DNA of 64,000 nt from Dehalococcoidia bacterium (lineage in GTDB: Bacteria; Chloroflexota; Dehalococcoidia; Lucifugimonadales; Australimonadaceae), in NCBI GenBank assembly GCA_965116305.1, contig OZ220673.1, forward strand, positions 2,403,362 through 2,467,361. Direction: 5' to 3'. Each line of letters starts with the position of its first letter. Within the stretch, counting starts at the first letter, position 1. This document shows positions 17,108-25,623 of the stretch, piece after piece. The position numbers and the translations under genes are program-made. Below the pieces are notes generated by a model. That model did no database searches, had not been told where the DNA came from, and saw only the letters and a program-made list of their open reading frames with translations.

Positions 17108-17401
17108 GTGGCAACGATTCGCAAGGGAGACCTGGCGCTGAGAGTATCGCTCAAGCTTAACGGGACCCGCGCCGCGGGAGACGCCGCACTCAATGCAGTG
17201 CTCGAAAGCATCACCGAAGCGGTGGCGGCCGGAGACCGTGTCGTCCTTACCGGGTTCGGCTCATTCGAGTCTCGCCAAGTGAAGGAGCGGCAGGTAACGG
17301 CCATCCGCGGTCCGCAGGCAGGGCAACGCATCAACGTCCCCGCTCACAAGCGTGTCGGTTTCACGGCAGGCGCAGATCTCGCCGGGGCGGTACGCAAGTA
17401 G
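17108..17401 (+). CDS. hup: HU/IHF-family DNA-binding protein
   Basis: GTG start at 17108 with AGGAGG upstream. ...AVLESITEAVAAGDRVVLTGFGSFESRQVKER...NVPAHKRVGFTAGADL is the HU beta-arm pattern. Confidence 0.85.
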   Translation: MATIRKGDLALRVSLKLNGTRAAGDAALNAVLESITEAVAAGDRVVLTGFGSFESRQVKERQVTAIRGPQAGQRINVPAHKRVGFTAGADLAGAVRK

Positions 17402-17438
17402 CCCGATAGCACACACCCAGTCCTATAGTCAGTCCAGC

Positions 17439-17480
17439 GCCACCTCCTGCTCGCGTGCGGGAGGTGGCCTTCAATTTGCG
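17439..17480 (+). terminator. rho-independent terminator after the HU gene (GCCACCTCC..GGAGGTGGC + CTTCAATTTGCG)
   Basis: A 9-bp perfect stem with a 12-nt loop, followed by a T-containing tail. Confidence 0.55.
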
Positions 17481-17524
17481 CGCACGACAACCGTCCGTTC
17501 CCACGCACGCGGCGCAGGGCTACC

Positions 17525-18625
17525 ATGAGCGCCGTGGACGACCAGCGGTACATCGCCCTCGTGGACCTGGACGCCTTCTATGCATCGGTGGAGGTGCTCG
17601 AAGAGCCGTCCCTTGCCGGGAAGCCGCTGCTCATCGGGGGCAGCCCCACGTCGCGGGGGGTGGTGGCGGCGGCCTCGTACGAAGCGCGGAAGTACGGCTG
17701 CCACTCTGCCATGCCCATGTCCCGCGCCGTACGGCTCTGCCCGGAAGCGATCGTCCTCCGGCCGCGCTTCCACCTCTACCGCGAACACTCCGGACGTGTG
17801 ATGGACATCCTTCAGCAGGAGTCCGGCGTCATCCAGCAGATGTCCATAGACGAGGCCTACGTCGACCTCACGCCCGTGTCGAAGGACATGCAGGAGGCTG
17901 CCGGCCGCGCCCACCGGATGCAGGGACGGGTACGCGTTGACCTCGGCCTCCCATGCTCCGTGGGTATCGCGAGCAACAAGATGGTCGCCAAGGTCGCCTG
18001 CGAAACGGGCAAACCCGGAGGATTCGTAGTCGTCGAGCCGGGAACGGAAGCGGCGTTCCTCGCGGACCTGGACGTGCGCTCCCTGCCCGGCATCGGCCCG
18101 CGATCCACGGAGCGCCTGAAGGCGCACGGGTTCCACACGCTCGGCCAGATCGCCGCCGCGTCGCCGGAGGCGCTGGTAACCGTGCTGGGGCCATGGGGCG
18201 CGGCGCTCAAGCGGCGGGCGCAGGGGGAAGATCCATCTCCCGTGGAGACGGACAGGGAGACGAAGTCCGTGAGCGCGGAGGAGACCTTCGCGGAAGACGT
18301 GAACGCTCGCGGATCGCTGGCGGAGGAGCTGCGGCGCATGGCGGAGCGGGTAGCGCAGTCGCTGGAGCGGCACGGCCTGGTGGGCCGCACCGTTACGCTC
18401 AAGCTCCGCCTCTCCGACTTCACCACGCTCACACGCTCCACGAGCCGGGATAACGCAACAGCCCACGCCGATGCGATACTTGCCGACGCGCTGCATCTGC
18501 TGGACGCCAACTGGGAACCCGGGACGAACGTTCGTCTCATCGGCGTCGGCGTCAGCAATCTACGGCCCGTTCAGGCTCCGGGGCAGCTTGCCCTGGACAT
18601 GGACGGCGGCGAAGAGGAGAGATAA
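17525..18625 (+). CDS. dinB: DNA polymerase IV (Y-family)
   Basis: 366 aa. It has IALVDLDAFYASVE, ...SIDEAYVDLT and ...KMVAKVACETGKPGG. Confidence 0.9.
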   Translation: MSAVDDQRYIALVDLDAFYASVEVLEEPSLAGKPLLIGGSPTSRGVVAAASYEARKYGCHSAMPMSRAVRLCPEAIVLRPRFHLYREHSGRVMDILQQESGVIQQMSIDEAYVDLTPVSKDMQEAAGRAHRMQGRVRVDLGLPCSVGIASNKMVAKVACETGKPGGFVVVEPGTEAAFLADLDVRSLPGIGPRSTERLKAHGFHTLGQIAAASPEALVTVLGPWGAALKRRAQGEDPSPVETDRETKSVSAEETFAEDVNARGSLAEELRRMAERVAQSLERHGLVGRTVTLKLRLSDFTTLTRSTSRDNATAHADAILADALHLLDANWEPGTNVRLIGVGVSNLRPVQAPGQLALDMDGGEEER

Positions 18626-18628
18626 CGC

Positions 18629-19582
18629 TTGCTGCTGCTCAACGAACGAGAAGTACGGGACCTGCTCCCCATGAACGAGTGCGTGGACGTGCTGGACGCC
18701 GCATTCGCCGAATGGGCGGCGGGGTCGGTCTCCAACATGCCACGCTACCGGCTGCCGCTCATGCGGGGCGCGCAACAGGTGATGGCCGGGATGTCCAACG
18801 ACGCCGGGGCAACCGGGCTGAAGACCTACGTTACCGGTACGCAGGGGCCCAGCAGCATGGTCGTGCTCCTCTTCAGCACCGAGGATGGCTCTCCTCTTGC
18901 CATGCTCGCGGCCAACGCGCTCGGACAGATACGCACCGGCGCCGCGAGCGGTGTGGCTACCCGCTACATGGCGCGCCCGGACGCCGGCACGGTTGCCGTC
19001 ATCGGGAGCGGCTACCAGGCGCGGACGCAGCTCGCGGCCGTCGCTGCGGTACGCCCCATCGAACGAGCCCTCGTCTACAGCCGCAACCCGGAGCGCCGAG
19101 AAGCGTTCGCGCAACGGATGTCAGCCGAGCTCGGCATGGACGTGCGTCCCGTCGAGTCAGTGCACGACGCCGTTGCCGGGTCCGCCATCGTCTGCGCCAT
19201 CACCAACTCGCGCGAGCCGGTGTTCGACGGCGATTCGCTCGCCCCGGGCGCCCACGTCAACGCGGCGGGGAGCAACCACTGGATGCGCCGCGAGGTGGAC
19301 GAGACGACGATACGCCGCAGCGACATCGTCGTCGTGGACGACCTCGAGGACGCGAAGATAGAGTGCGGGGAGTTGATCTGGGCCGCTGAGCGCCGGGCGT
19401 TCCGCTGGGAGAACGCCGTGGAACTGCGCGACGTGGTCTCCGGGCGTGTGGCTGGCAGGCCGTCGCCGGAGGCCGTCACCCTCTTCGAGTCCCAGGGACT
19501 GGCGATGGAGGACGTTACCGTCGGTATGCACGTCTACCGCAAGGCGCTCGATAGCGGCATCGGCAGGCAAGTGGAACTCTAG
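18629..19582 (+). CDS. ornithine cyclodeaminase / mu-crystallin family protein
   Basis: 317 aa with a TTG start. It has a Rossmann motif VAVIGSGYQARTQL and the family N-terminus LLLNEREVRDLLPMNECVDVLDAAF. Confidence 0.8.
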   Translation: MLLLNEREVRDLLPMNECVDVLDAAFAEWAAGSVSNMPRYRLPLMRGAQQVMAGMSNDAGATGLKTYVTGTQGPSSMVVLLFSTEDGSPLAMLAANALGQIRTGAASGVATRYMARPDAGTVAVIGSGYQARTQLAAVAAVRPIERALVYSRNPERREAFAQRMSAELGMDVRPVESVHDAVAGSAIVCAITNSREPVFDGDSLAPGAHVNAAGSNHWMRREVDETTIRRSDIVVVDDLEDAKIECGELIWAAERRAFRWENAVELRDVVSGRVAGRPSPEAVTLFESQGLAMEDVTVGMHVYRKALDSGIGRQVEL

Positions 19583-19829
19583 CGGCAACCTCCGTCATTC
19601 CAGCGAAAGCTGGAATCCACTCCCCCTGCCCATCGATGTGAGTACCCCATTTTCATGTTGAGCGGAGCTGAGGGCGCAGCCTGAAGCGCAGTCGAAACAT
19701 CTCTCGGAGAGAACATCCGTGGGCTGCGGCACGCCGCCCGGGAGATTCCTCGACGCCGCTGCACTCCGCTCGGAATGACTGGATAATCCTGTCTATCCTG
19801 TCCATCGATGTGAGTAAGATGTACCTGTC
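19583..19829. repeat. intergenic repeat cluster 3 (M1 variant hairpin 19594-19618 plus TIR element 19653-19779)
   Basis: GTCATTCCAGCGAAAGCTGGAATCC, followed by a TCATGTTGAGCGGAGC...CTCCGCTCGGAATGAC element. Confidence 0.8.
19653..19779. mobile_element. MITE-like element (about 127 bp) with imperfect terminal inverted repeats, bracketed by a 15-bp direct repeat
   Basis: The TIRs are TCATGTTGAGCGGAG and the reverse complement of CTCCGCTCGGAATGA. The direct repeat CCATCGATGTGAGTA is at 19630-19644 and 19802-19816. The 5' 40 nt and 3' 40 nt are homologous to the element at 25410-25613. Confidence 0.45.
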
Positions 19830-20135
19830 ATGGCGGAAGAGCAGTACGAGCCCCGGCAGATAGACATCGCGCCGGACGGACTCCACATCGTCTGGAAAGA
19901 CGGGGTCGAGACCCTTCTCCCCCACCGCTACGTGCGGGGACATTGCGGCTGCGCCCAGTGTGTCGATGAGATGACGCACACGCGGCGCGTAGGCGTGGAC
20001 GACGTGCCGTCGGACGTGACGATAGAGGAGTACATGGAGATAGGCCGCTACGCCGTCGGCCTGCTCTTCAGCGACCTGCACGACACGGGGATATTCCCCT
20101 ACAAGCTGCTCCGCGACCTCGCCGACGCCGGATAA
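19830..20135 (+). CDS. DUF971 (gamma-butyrobetaine-hydroxylase-like N-terminal domain) protein
   Basis: 101 aa. ...GLHIVWKDGVETLLPHRYVRGHCGCAQCVDEMT...YAVGLLFSDLHDTGIFPYKLLRDL. Confidence 0.8.
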   Translation: MAEEQYEPRQIDIAPDGLHIVWKDGVETLLPHRYVRGHCGCAQCVDEMTHTRRVGVDDVPSDVTIEEYMEIGRYAVGLLFSDLHDTGIFPYKLLRDLADAG

Positions 20136-20142
20136 GCATCCC

Positions 20143-20213
20143 ACCTCTCCCTTGAGGGGAGAGGTCGCCACGCAGTGGCGGGTGAGGGTGAACCGGCGGC
20201 GGGTGAGGGGGTG
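20143..20213. repeat. intergenic repeat cluster 4 (M2 + M3)
   Basis: CCTCTCCCTTGAGGGGAGAGG-TCGCCACGCAGTGGCG-GGTGAGGGTGAACC, plus a partial second GGGTGAGGGGGTG, between convergent genes. Confidence 0.75.
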
Positions 20214-20214
20214 C

Positions 20215-20520
20215 TCAGTTCGCAGCGATACCCATGCGCTCTTTGAGCGCGTCTACCGCCTCGTGAGCGCCGTACACCGTCGTCAGCCTGCCATCCACCC
20301 GGACCCGTAGCTTGCCGATGTGTCCCGTCTTCGCCAGCAACCACAGCGACCAGTTGAGCGCGGAGCGCTTCATACGGGGGAAAGTCCTGATCAGTTCGTC
20401 GCCCTGGTACTCGAACACCTCGTCCGGGCGGCGCATCAACTCTTCGTAAACCATCGCCTGTAAGGGAGGGAGGCCACCCTCGGCGAGCAAGCTGTAATTG
20501 GCGATCTGGGATATCTTCAT
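20215..20520 (-). CDS. hypothetical small protein (possible winged-helix fold)
   Basis: 101 aa ORF with a plausible composition. No family was recognised. Confidence 0.45.
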   Translation of the reverse strand: MKISQIANYSLLAEGGLPPLQAMVYEELMRRPDEVFEYQGDELIRTFPRMKRSALNWSLWLLAKTGHIGKLRVRVDGRLTTVYGAHEAVDALKERMGIAAN

Positions 20521-20711
20521 CGGCGCGTCCCTCTCGCAGGCGAAACCTCCGCTGACTGAGCAATCAGTTTAGTCGCGCCTCGGAAGCATCGGAATGAGAT
20601 TGGCTTGCGCGTAAGCACACGTTGGAAGCATCACTGCCCGCCTGACGGGGTTCGTCTGATAAACTTCATCACTGTGCCCGGCTCTCCGCGCACCCACGCG
20701 CGTCACCGACC

Positions 20712-21026
20712 ATGACCAACCAACCCGAACCCGAACTCTCCGTCGAGCAAGTGCGGCAGGTGGCCGCGCTGTGCCACATCGGGCTCACCGACGATGAGGC
20801 CGAGCAGCTGCGCGCCGAGATGGCCAAGCTCCTCGACGAAGTGAGCGTCCTGCAACGCATCGATACGTCCGGCGTCGAGCCGACAGGCCATGCGGTGGAA
20901 GAGGTCCACACGGTCATGCGCGACGACGTCTCCCGCCCGCCGCTGGAGCGCGAGGACGTCCTCGCCAACGCCCCGCGGCGCGAAGGCTCTTTCTTCCGGG
21001 TACAAGCCGTGATGGATGAGTCCTGA
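20712..21026 (+). CDS. gatC: Asp/Glu-tRNA amidotransferase subunit C
   Basis: 104 aa. ...VRQVAALCHIGLTDDEAEQLRAEMAKLLDEVSVLQRIDTSGVEPTGH. Confidence 0.9.
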   Translation: MTNQPEPELSVEQVRQVAALCHIGLTDDEAEQLRAEMAKLLDEVSVLQRIDTSGVEPTGHAVEEVHTVMRDDVSRPPLEREDVLANAPRREGSFFRVQAVMDES

Positions 21027-21029
21027 TCG

Positions 21030-22484
21030 ATGAGCGAACTGCACTATCAGACCGTAACCCGGATGTCCCGCGCCCTGGCTGAGAGAGAGGTCTCCTCCGT
21101 GGAGCTCACGGAGGCCCACCTGGAGCGCATCGCCGGGCTGGACCCGGGCATCGGCGCGTACCTTGCGGTAACGCCGGACACCGCGCAGGCGCAGGCCGCC
21201 GAGGCTGACCGCCGCATCGCGCAGGGCGATGCAGGGCCGCTGACCGGCGTCCCCCTGCAGCTCAAGGACAACCTCTCCACGCGCGGCATAGCCACGACCT
21301 GCGCGTCGCTCATGCTGGACGGCTACACGCCTCCCTACGACGCCACCGTGACCACCCGGCTCGTCGACGCCGGGGGCGCGCTCCTCGGCAAGGGCAACAT
21401 GGACGAGTTCGCCATGGGCTCCTCCAACGAGACCTCGGCGTTCAAGACCGTCCACAACCCCTGGGACCTCTCCCGCGTGCCCGGCGGATCGAGCGGCGGG
21501 CCCGCGGCGGCAGTCGCTGCGGGCTTGGCGCCCTACTCGCTCGGCTCGGACACCGGCGGCTCCATACGACAGCCTGCCGCCCTCTGCGGTATCGTCGGCC
21601 TCAAGCCGACTTATGGCCTCGTCTCGCGCTACGGCCTCGTCGCGTTCGCATCCTCGCTCGACCAGATCGGTCCCCTGACGCGTTCCGTGGAGGACGCCGC
21701 GGTCGTGCTCAACGCCATCGCCGGGCCCGACCCGTTGGACTCCACCAGCATCCCCGCAGAGCCGCCGGACTACACGGATGGACTCGAAGGCGGCGTGCAG
21801 GGACTGCGCATCGGCGTCGTGCCGGAGTACCTCGGCGACGGCATCGACCCGGCGGTCGCGGAGTCGGTGAAAGCCGCGCTCGCCGTGCTCGAGTCGCAGG
21901 GCGCGATCGTCGAGGAGGTCGCCCTGCCCACGTCGCGAGCAGCGCTTGCGGTCTACTACATCCTCGCGCCGTCCGAGTGTTCGGCGAACCTCGCCCGGTA
22001 CGACGGCGTGAAGTACGGCTACTCCGACCAGGAGGCCGACGGCATGTGGGCCGCACTGGACGCGACGCGGCGCAACGGCTTCGGCGCCGAGGTGCGACGC
22101 CGCATCCTCATGGGAGCGTACGCGCTCTCAGCCGGTTACTACGACGCCTACTACAAGAAGGCCCAGCAGGTGCGGACGCTCATCCGCCGGGAGTTCCACG
22201 ACGCCTTCCAGCGCGTCGACGTCCTGGCGCTCCCCACCTCTCCGACCACGGCATTCGAGATAGGGGGCATCGTCGATCCCATCGTCATGCACGCGAACGA
22301 CATCTGCACCATACCCGCGAACATCGCGGGCATCCCCGGCATCTCGGTCCCGTGCGGGTTCGCGGACGGCCTCCCCATCGGGCTGCAGCTGCTCGGCCCG
22401 CACCTCAGCGAGCCCACGCTCCTCCGCGCCGCCTACGCCTACGAACAGGCGTCGGAGTGGCACGACCGGCATCCCGCCCTCTAG
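21030..22484 (+). CDS. gatA: Asp/Glu-tRNA amidotransferase subunit A
   Basis: 484 aa. It has the amidase signature GGSSGGPAAAVAAG...GSDTGGSIRQPAALCG. Confidence 0.95.
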   Translation: MSELHYQTVTRMSRALAEREVSSVELTEAHLERIAGLDPGIGAYLAVTPDTAQAQAAEADRRIAQGDAGPLTGVPLQLKDNLSTRGIATTCASLMLDGYTPPYDATVTTRLVDAGGALLGKGNMDEFAMGSSNETSAFKTVHNPWDLSRVPGGSSGGPAAAVAAGLAPYSLGSDTGGSIRQPAALCGIVGLKPTYGLVSRYGLVAFASSLDQIGPLTRSVEDAAVVLNAIAGPDPLDSTSIPAEPPDYTDGLEGGVQGLRIGVVPEYLGDGIDPAVAESVKAALAVLESQGAIVEEVALPTSRAALAVYYILAPSECSANLARYDGVKYGYSDQEADGMWAALDATRRNGFGAEVRRRILMGAYALSAGYYDAYYKKAQQVRTLIRREFHDAFQRVDVLALPTSPTTAFEIGGIVDPIVMHANDICTIPANIAGIPGISVPCGFADGLPIGLQLLGPHLSEPTLLRAAYAYEQASEWHDRHPAL

Positions 22485-22497
22485 GGACTGTCATTCC

Positions 22498-23304
22498 CTA
22501 GCGCGTGATGTCCCGCCGCTGGAACAGCACGAGCGCGGCGACGAACCCCGCGAGCCCGACGCCGAACAGCACCACCACGTCGCGCAGCAGCGTCGTGCCG
22601 TTCGTCGCCACTGCCAGGGGGTCGAAGTAGTAGAAGATCGACAGGGGCGCCAGCGGCTCCGCCGGGCCCCATATCGCTCCCACGAAGTCGAGGAAGTACA
22701 TCACCGTCAGTATCCCGGCGGTTACGGATACCGTACGGCCACCGTCCGAGCTCACGGCGGAGAGCAGCACCGCGATGCCGCCCGCCGCCAGGAGCACGCC
22801 CAGTTCGTTCAGCTGGGCCAGCGCCAGCGTCCCGCCTTCCACGTCGCCGCCGAGGCCCGTTAGCGACGCCCCCGCCAGCGAACCCAGCCAGGACATCGTT
22901 ACGATGACCACAGCCCCCACGACCAGCACTCCCACTTTCGCCGCCAGGTAGCGCCAGCGCGCCATGGGCGATGCGAGCAGCATCAGCGCGGTGCCCCGCT
23001 CGATCTCACGCGCCGCGGCGCCGCCCGATACCGACAGCACGAACGCGAGACCCGCGATGATGTACACCGGGTGGCGGTAGTCGAGCGCGATGTAGCTTGT
23101 GAGGGAAGTCCCGAACCCTCCCTGCGCGCGGAACATGGCTGTCATCGGCGCGGGCAGCGATTCGAACAGATCGGCAAACGCGTCCAGCCCGCCGAACGCA
23201 TCGAACGTATAGACGATGATCATGCTCATCAGGAACAGGCCAACCGACACGGCCAACAACCCGATGCGGTGCGAGCGGAGCGTGTATGCGAATACGCTAA
23301 GCAT
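22498..23304 (-). CDS. ABC-2 type transporter permease
   Basis: 268 aa with six predicted TM segments. It overlaps the upstream ATPase gene by 8 nt. Confidence 0.7.
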   Translation of the reverse strand: MLSVFAYTLRSHRIGLLAVSVGLFLMSMIIVYTFDAFGGLDAFADLFESLPAPMTAMFRAQGGFGTSLTSYIALDYRHPVYIIAGLAFVLSVSGGAAAREIERGTALMLLASPMARWRYLAAKVGVLVVGAVVIVTMSWLGSLAGASLTGLGGDVEGGTLALAQLNELGVLLAAGGIAVLLSAVSSDGGRTVSVTAGILTVMYFLDFVGAIWGPAEPLAPLSIFYYFDPLAVATNGTTLLRDVVVLFGVGLAGFVAALVLFQRRDITR

Positions 23305-24226
23305 CCGCCAGCTCCCTGCCCCCGCCTTCGCCGTAGAAGCCCATGAACAGGTCCTCCAGGCTCAACCGCTCATAGGTCATGTCGGCTACGTCGTGCTTCG
23401 CCAGCTCCCGCAGCACCTCGTTGATGTCGCCGGAGATGGCCAGCTCCCACCTCGTGCCTTCCTGTGACAACACGTCCACGCCGGGTATGGAGAGCCCGCC
23501 GGTTGGCGGCGCCCGGAACTCCACCTCCATCGTGCGGGCCTTGCCTTCGCGCAGCGCTTCCACCGACCCTGTCCCCACGATGCGGCCCTCGCGGATGAGC
23601 GCCACCCGCTCGCAGACCTCCTCCACGTCGGACAGGACGTGGGACGACATGAACACCGTCGCGCCCCTGTTCCGCGCCTCCCTGATGATCGCGAACAGCT
23701 CCTGCCGCATCAGCGGGTCCAGCGCCTCGGTCGGCTCGTCCATGATGAGCACGTCGGGATCGTGCTGCATCGCCTGCACGAGCGCCAGCTTCTTCGCCAT
23801 GCCGGAGGAGTACCCTTTCACCTTCCGCCGGAGTGCGGAGTCCGGGAGTTCCAGGCGCTCCAGCAGCTCCGCCTGGCGCGGGAGTCTCCCCCTGATGCCC
23901 CTCAGGCTCGCGACGTAGTTCAGGAAGTCCTGCCCCGTGAAGCCGCTGGCGAACGCAACCACGTCCGGCAGAAAGCCGAGCCGCGCCTTGATGGCGACCG
24001 TCTCGCCCCAGGCCTCCATCCCCAGCACCCGGGCGCTGCCCTGGTCCGCACGGATGAACCCGGTCAGGACGCGGATGGTCGTGGTCTTGCCTGCGCCGTT
24101 CGGGCCGAGGAAGCCGAATATCTCGCCCTGCTCGACCGCGAGGTCGACGCCGCGCAGCGCCTCCACGTCGCCGAAACGCTTGTGGACGCCCGAAACAGTG
24201 AGCGCCTGCACCCCGGCTCCGCTCAT
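23297..24226 (-). CDS. ABC transporter ATP-binding protein
   Basis: The start is set at MSGAGVQALTVSG (ATG 24226) inside ORF 23297..24346. It has Walker A GPNGAGKTT, signature YSSGMAKKL and Walker B LIMDEPTEALD. Confidence 0.9.
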   Translation of the reverse strand: MSGAGVQALTVSGVHKRFGDVEALRGVDLAVEQGEIFGFLGPNGAGKTTTIRVLTGFIRADQGSARVLGMEAWGETVAIKARLGFLPDVVAFASGFTGQDFLNYVASLRGIRGRLPRQAELLERLELPDSALRRKVKGYSSGMAKKLALVQAMQHDPDVLIMDEPTEALDPLMRQELFAIIREARNRGATVFMSSHVLSDVEEVCERVALIREGRIVGTGSVEALREGKARTMEVEFRAPPTGGLSIPGVDVLSQEGTRWELAISGDINEVLRELAKHDVADMTYERLSLEDLFMGFYGEGGGRELADA

Positions 24227-25380
24227 GCAGCATCCCCGGTCGTCATCTGCCCGTCCCGGACACGCAGATGGTGGGCAGAGTGCAGGAACACGTCGGGCAG
24301 CGCATGGGGATCGGCGGTCGTCACGATGGTCTGAGGATAGCAACACGCTTCTTCCAGCACGAGTTTCCTGCGGCGTTCGTCGAGCTCGGACAGCGCGTCG
24401 TCCAGCAGCAGCAGCGGTTGGTCGCCCCTGCGCTCAGCCAGCAGACGCGCCTCGCCCAGCCGCATCGCCAGCGCAGCCAGCCGGGCCTGCCCTCGCGAGG
24501 CGTGCCGCGTCGCTTCCACACCGTTCAGCATCAGCCGCAGATCGTCGCGATGCGGGCCGACGACCGTCATGCCGCGCGCGCGTTCCTGGTCGCGCGATGC
24601 ACGCAGCGCTTCCCTCAGCGCACGCTCCCCATCCCCGTCTTCCGGTTCCCCAACCGTCCCCACGTATGCAATGGACAGCGCGTCCTGCGACGACAAGCGC
24701 TCGAACGCGGACGCGGTGAACGCTGCCAACGTCGCCATGGACGACCAGCGTTCACGCAGCACGACGGCGCCCTCCTTCACCAACGCGTCGTCCCAGAAAG
24801 CGAGTTCTTCCTCCCTGGCGCGCCCCTCCCGCATCGCGCGAAGCAACGTGTTCCGCTGCGCCAGCACCCGGTGGTACCGCGAGAGCGTCTGCACGTACCG
24901 GCGCGATACCTGCGCGAGCAATACGTCGAGGTAACGCCTGCGCCCGCTCGGGGGGCCGGACACCAGCTCGATGTCCTCGGCCGCGAAGAGCACCGCGCCC
25001 ATCATCCCCACGAGATCGGACGTCCGTTTCGGTGCGCCGTTCACCCGGACCTGCTTGGCGGTGCTGTTGCCCTCTCTGCAGTCGAGGCCGACGCGCAATT
25101 CGAGCGGCCCCTGCGGCCCTTCGAGCGCTGCCGCCACGATCGTATACCCGCCGGCTTCCGCTGCCTGCCACGAGACGAGGTCGCGCTCCGTCACCGCGCG
25201 GTACGACTTGCCGATGGCAAGCAGGTACACCGCTTCCAGCAGATTGCTCTTGCCCTGCCCGTTCTCGCCGCTGACAACGGTGAGCCCTGGCCCCAACGCA
25301 AGGTCGAGCTGCCGGTAGGAGCGGAAGTTCGTGAGTGTCAGGTTCGTGAGTTGCACTGCTGCAATGATAATCGTCACCAC
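24223..25380 (-). CDS. recF: DNA replication/repair protein RecF
   Basis: 385 aa ORF. ...LTLTNFRSYRQLDLALGPGLTVVSGENGQGKSNLLEAVYLL... and ...LLLLDDALSELDERRR. The true start may be the in-frame GTG at 25356 (VQLTNLTLTNF), which fits canonical RecF N-termini better. Confidence 0.9.
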   Translation of the reverse strand: MVTIIIAAVQLTNLTLTNFRSYRQLDLALGPGLTVVSGENGQGKSNLLEAVYLLAIGKSYRAVTERDLVSWQAAEAGGYTIVAAALEGPQGPLELRVGLDCREGNSTAKQVRVNGAPKRTSDLVGMMGAVLFAAEDIELVSGPPSGRRRYLDVLLAQVSRRYVQTLSRYHRVLAQRNTLLRAMREGRAREEELAFWDDALVKEGAVVLRERWSSMATLAAFTASAFERLSSQDALSIAYVGTVGEPEDGDGERALREALRASRDQERARGMTVVGPHRDDLRLMLNGVEATRHASRGQARLAALAMRLGEARLLAERRGDQPLLLLDDALSELDERRRKLVLEEACCYPQTIVTTADPHALPDVFLHSAHHLRVRDGQMTTGDAA

Positions 25381-25397
25381 ACGCCGAGGTGCGGGGG

Positions 25398-25623
25398 CTC
25401 CGTCTTATTGTCATGCTGAGCGGAGCTGAAGGCGCAGCCTGAAGCGCAGCCCCGCGCTTTAGCGCGCAGCATCCTCTCGGGAAGAACGTCGGGGGGACGG
25501 TTCACCCTCACCCGCGCTTTCAGCGCGACCTCTCCCCTCAAGGGAGAGGGGTTCCCCCGAGAGATTCCTCGACTCCGCCATCGGCTATCGCCGACGGCTC
25601 CGCTCGGAATGACAAGCACATCA
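25398..25623. mobile_element. composite MITE-like repeat element (cluster 5) bracketed by a perfect 24-bp direct duplication
   Basis: The TIR element spans 25410-25613 (GTCATGCTGAGCGGAGC...GCTCCGCTCGGAATGAC) and has M3+M2 modules nested at 25499-25549. The flanking duplication TCACCACACGCCGAGGTGCGGGGG is at 25374-25397 and 25624-25647. Confidence 0.6.
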
